Of a stretch of 64,000 nt of DNA, positions 61,389 to 64,000 are shown one piece after another. Position numbers and translations under genes: made by a program. Numbering within the stretch: the first letter of the stretch is position 1; each line of letters opens with the position of its first letter. A model generated the notes under the pieces. That model saw only the letters and a program-made list of their open reading frames with translations, had not been told where the DNA came from and ran no database searches. Source of the DNA: Pyrinomonadaceae bacterium (GTDB taxonomy: Bacteria > Acidobacteriota > Blastocatellia > Pyrinomonadales > Pyrinomonadaceae); NCBI GenBank assembly GCA_046714695.1, contig JBKKAL010000297.1, positions 43,407 through 107,406 on the forward strand, in the 5' to 3' direction.

Positions 61389-64000
61389 TTATCGCCTGTC
61401 TCCGACGAGGAGGAAGCTGGCCCAGTAGAACGGATGCCTGTATTCCGGGGTTCGCATTAAGCTGATTGCTGCCGCACGTAGTGATTTGGCTTTCCTGTTT
61501 CGAGATGTAGGTTTATCAATCTCCGCCTTCAGATTGCTGTGAAAGTTCAGCATCAACTCCTTGGTGACGATCGAATCTACCTTCCACTGGCTGACGACCG
61601 TTGCGGGGCTGCCAGCCACGAAAAGAGCCCACGTCAGGCCTATCACTCCTTCGCCCGCGCCGAAACGTCCGCGCGCCGTCTCGCACGCGGAGAGCACTAC
61701 CATGTTGGCACGCAGGTCTAATTTCGTTATCTCCCGCGCCTCAAGCAGACCGTCCTCGCCGGGCTCACCCTGTGACAGCACGATATAGGAATACATCGGG
61801 TTCGTATCGTTAAGCACGCCGTGTGTGGCGAAGTGGATGATGGAGAATTTACCGATCTCTTTCTTGGCACGTTCTTCGCGCGCCTCCACGCGAGTGTAAA
61901 CGCGGCTGCGCGACGGCCCATAGATTTGAGCCAGTTTTTTTACTTCATCCTCGGTTTCCGGCAGCGGTGCAAGTGGCTCGCCGCCACTGCCGCGTGCGGC
62001 GCGGGCACGCTCAACAGTTAACTTCCCGAGTGTCGGATTACCGAAGGCCAGCAGCATAAAGTTATCTGCCTTGATCGTGGCAGTCTCCGTCCGACGCAAG
62101 GTTTGCATCTCCAACAGCACTGAAAGAGAGGGAGCGTAAGCGATGGCGCTCTCTTCGATCAAAAATCTATTCGGCTTCGACATCAGGGCCTGGAAGGGAA
62201 GCTCCCAGAGCACATCGTCGGGCACGATGACCAGATCGCTGCGCCCCTGTAACTGCGCATGAGCCGGGGCAAGGAGCAGATCATAAAAGTTTCTGGAAGG
62301 CTCTCGAAAGCCCGGGTCACGAGCGGCCAGGGCACGGCGATAGGTTTCGACGCGTTGGGCCAAATCTTTGCGCTTAATCTCCACGGGATAAACCTTCAAA
62401 TCCGCAACCGTTTGATTGGCGAGTATGCTTCTTGTCAGCACGAAGAGGTATGTGCGCTCTTCGGTGACCACGTACTGGAGAAGAGCTGTTGCGGCGTCGG
62501 GCAAAAGCTCCAATGTTTGTATTGGCTCCATGATGCGCGCTTTGCCGCGTCGGAGTTTCAGTTCCGGGTGCGAGGCGTAGAGCGCGGTTTCAAATGCTTC
62601 ATGATCAAGGCGCGCTTTTTGTTGCCTCTTCTCCAGCTCTGCGAGGCGTTTCGCCTGTGGCGAGGATTGCTGGCGCTCGCGCGTTATCTGCGCATTGAGC
62701 GAGATCATCTCATTATTGAGCCGTCTCTCCTCGATCTGCTCGGCGGCGCTCATGGATTTTGTCACGTTGGCCCTGCCACTCTGTAGAACATCCAGTAGCA
62801 CGCGCCCCTTCGCCCGCTCGGCGTAAGAGAGAGCCTCGTAGAGTCTGTTCTGCCCGATCAGTAGCTCGACCATAGCGTAATAGGGCGAAACCTGGCGCTC
62901 AAAGAATTTCTGCTCGTCGCGCGCGCCTCCGGCGGCGAAGCGGCGCAGTTCTTCGACGGATTCAATCGCATCGTTGAAAGCCTTCTCGGCCTCCCTAGGT
63001 TTTCCCGTCGCATGCAGGGTCCGACCCAAGGTCGTATAGGCCGCGGGCCGCTCGGCAGGCTGGTTCAGTTCTTCCGTGATTCGTATGGCGCGCTCCGCGT
63101 GCTCTACGGCGCGTTTATAATCGCCCAGGGAGTAGTAAACATCGGCAAGGTTCTGATTGACCAGTGCACGGTTGCGCTTGACCTTGACCTCTTCGAATAA
63201 CGCATCAGACCTTTTGTAATACTCAAGTGCCTTTTGCAACTCACCCCGCAGGCGATATACGTCACCGCTGCTATTTAAGAGGCTGGCTATTCTGTGTCTG
63301 TCCTTTATCTCTTCGGCTATCGCCGTACTGTTCTGTAGGTATGTGAGCGACTGCTGCAGATCACCCATCAATCCGTACATATCGCCGATGCGGTTCAAGG
63401 TGTCGGAGACCCCCTCTTTCGTGGCGCTGCGTTTCTCCAACGCACGCTTATAATAATCGAGCGCCAGTTCGTAGTTGCCCTGGCGGGCGTGTACGCCCGC
63501 GATGTTATGAAACGCTATGCCTACGTCGTCGTTAAGCCCCAATTGCTCCTTTAACACAAGGGATTTCTGGTAATACTCCAGTGCCAGGGCCGTGTTGCTC
63601 TGGTAGAAATAGAGATTGCCCAGAAGATTATTGGCGCGCGCGGTAAGCTGTTTGGCTTCGCCCGATTCCGCCAGATATTTCCGCGCCAGTTCGAGCGCCA
63701 GGTCAATCTGGCCGAGTTCCACGTAGGTCGTACTCAGGTTGCCGCGCACGGCGCTGGCGCGAGGCCTGTTACCCAACTCCTCGTAGAGCGCGAGCGAACG
63801 CGTGAAATAATCTATGGCCTGCGTGTAGTCGCGCAGGAAATAGGCGAGCCCCCCCAGACCGTTGAGCGCCGTCGCTATCCCCTCCTTATCCCCCATTTCC
63901 TCCTTGATGCTGAGGCTCTTTCGGTAATTCTCCTCCGCCAGATCGTATTTGCCTTGAGACCTGAAGACGTTCCCGATGTTACGCAGCGTAGACCCCTGCG
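61389..64000 (-). CDS. TPR-repeat CHAT-domain (caspase-fold) protease, 5' end beyond window
   Basis: The reading frame stays open upstream of the listed ATG (63896) to the window edge, still encoding TPR (..LRNIGNVFRSQGKYDLAEENYRKSLSIKEEMGDKEG..). More than 10 TPRs are present. The C-terminal CHAT domain carries the His motif FSIIHFATHG and the Cys motif MVVLSACETARG. Confidence 0.85.
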   Translation of the reverse strand, partial: QGSTLRNIGNVFRSQGKYDLAEENYRKSLSIKEEMGDKEGIATALNGLGGLAYFLRDYTQAIDYFTRSLALYEELGNRPRASAVRGNLSTTYVELGQIDLALELARKYLAESGEAKQLTARANNLLGNLYFYQSNTALALEYYQKSLVLKEQLGLNDDVGIAFHNIAGVHARQGNYELALDYYKRALEKRSATKEGVSDTLNRIGDMYGLMGDLQQSLTYLQNSTAIAEEIKDRHRIASLLNSSGDVYRLRGELQKALEYYKRSDALFEEVKVKRNRALVNQNLADVYYSLGDYKRAVEHAERAIRITEELNQPAERPAAYTTLGRTLHATGKPREAEKAFNDAIESVEELRRFAAGGARDEQKFFERQVSPYYAMVELLIGQNRLYEALSYAERAKGRVLLDVLQSGRANVTKSMSAAEQIEERRLNNEMISLNAQITRERQQSSPQAKRLAELEKRQQKARLDHEAFETALYASHPELKLRRGKARIMEPIQTLELLPDAATALLQYVVTEERTYLFVLTRSILANQTVADLKVYPVEIKRKDLAQRVETYRRALAARDPGFREPSRNFYDLLLAPAHAQLQGRSDLVIVPDDVLWELPFQALMSKPNRFLIEESAIAYAPSLSVLLEMQTLRRTETATIKADNFMLLAFGNPTLGKLTVERARAARGSGGEPLAPLPETEDEVKKLAQIYGPSRSRVYTRVEAREERAKKEIGKFSIIHFATHGVLNDTNPMYSYIVLSQGEPGEDGLLEAREITKLDLRANMVVLSACETARGRFGAGEGVIGLTWALFVAGSPATVVSQWKVDSIVTKELMLNFHSNLKAEIDKPTSRNRKAKSLRAAAISLMRTPEYRHPFYWASFLLVGDRR

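Noticed and set aside
1-64000. rRNA, tRNA, tmRNA, transposase, integrase or prophage genes
   Set aside because: I scanned the intergenic gaps longer than 100 nt by eye for tRNA-like cloverleaf ends and found none. No ORF shows DDE, tyrosine or serine recombinase motifs or phage structural motifs. Absence by eye is not proof, and tRNAscan-SE or Infernal would settle it.

Overview
This 64-kb chromosomal segment is about 58-60% GC by eye, with a few AT-rich patches. All domain and family names below come from motifs I read in the translated ORFs, because no homology search was possible. The gene content suggests an Acidobacteriota-like genome, which is inference only. It includes CarboxypepD_reg-type TonB-like outer-membrane proteins, wHTH proteins fused to TolB-like propellers, TPR-CHAT and WD40-caspase proteins, and a giant mosaic surface protein.

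Layout:
- **1-2 kb:** an AT-rich islet carries a Hanks-type Ser/Thr kinase and a HicB-like antitoxin. It is bounded by direct repeats that duplicate the 3' end of the neighbouring patatin gene.
- **2-27 kb:** mostly ordinary genes. These are patatin, an ATP-grasp-like protein, ABC-F, mug, zapA, an Rrf2 regulator with an ABC exporter, alcohol dehydrogenases, ribA, a CarH-like B12 regulator and a lipocalin. The one exception is a tight four-gene operon (DDAH-like, haem-oxygenase-like di-iron enzyme, membrane GT2, PLP decarboxylase) that looks like a small uncharacterised biosynthetic pathway.
- **27.7-50.1 kb:** a single 18.3-kb ORF of about 6100 aa encodes a secreted mosaic protein. It holds 14 FG-GAP blades, DUF11, 4 parallel beta-helix modules, 2 lamin-tail modules, many Cna-B/CarboxypepD_reg-like domains, 2 TolB-like propellers, 3 Calx-beta and C-terminal DUF4214 domains. 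A 1296-aa TonB-dependent-receptor-like outer-membrane protein follows it.
- **50.2-64 kb (best candidate for an undescribed system):** a signal-peptide WD40(x14)-caspase, a CHASE2-class III nucleotide cyclase, a secreted DUF928-like protein, a stand-alone receiver, a double-PilZ protein, an atypically long ECF-like sigma factor, and a zf-HC2 anti-sigma whose periplasmic part repeats the DUF928-like domain. A TPR-CHAT protease runs off the window end.

This last block puts two caspase-fold proteases around a sigma/anti-sigma and second-messenger cassette. It resembles the Csx29(TPR-CHAT)-Csx30-RpoE logic of type III-E CRISPR systems, but no cas genes or CRISPR array are visible. I found no rRNA, tRNA, CRISPR array, transposase or integrase.
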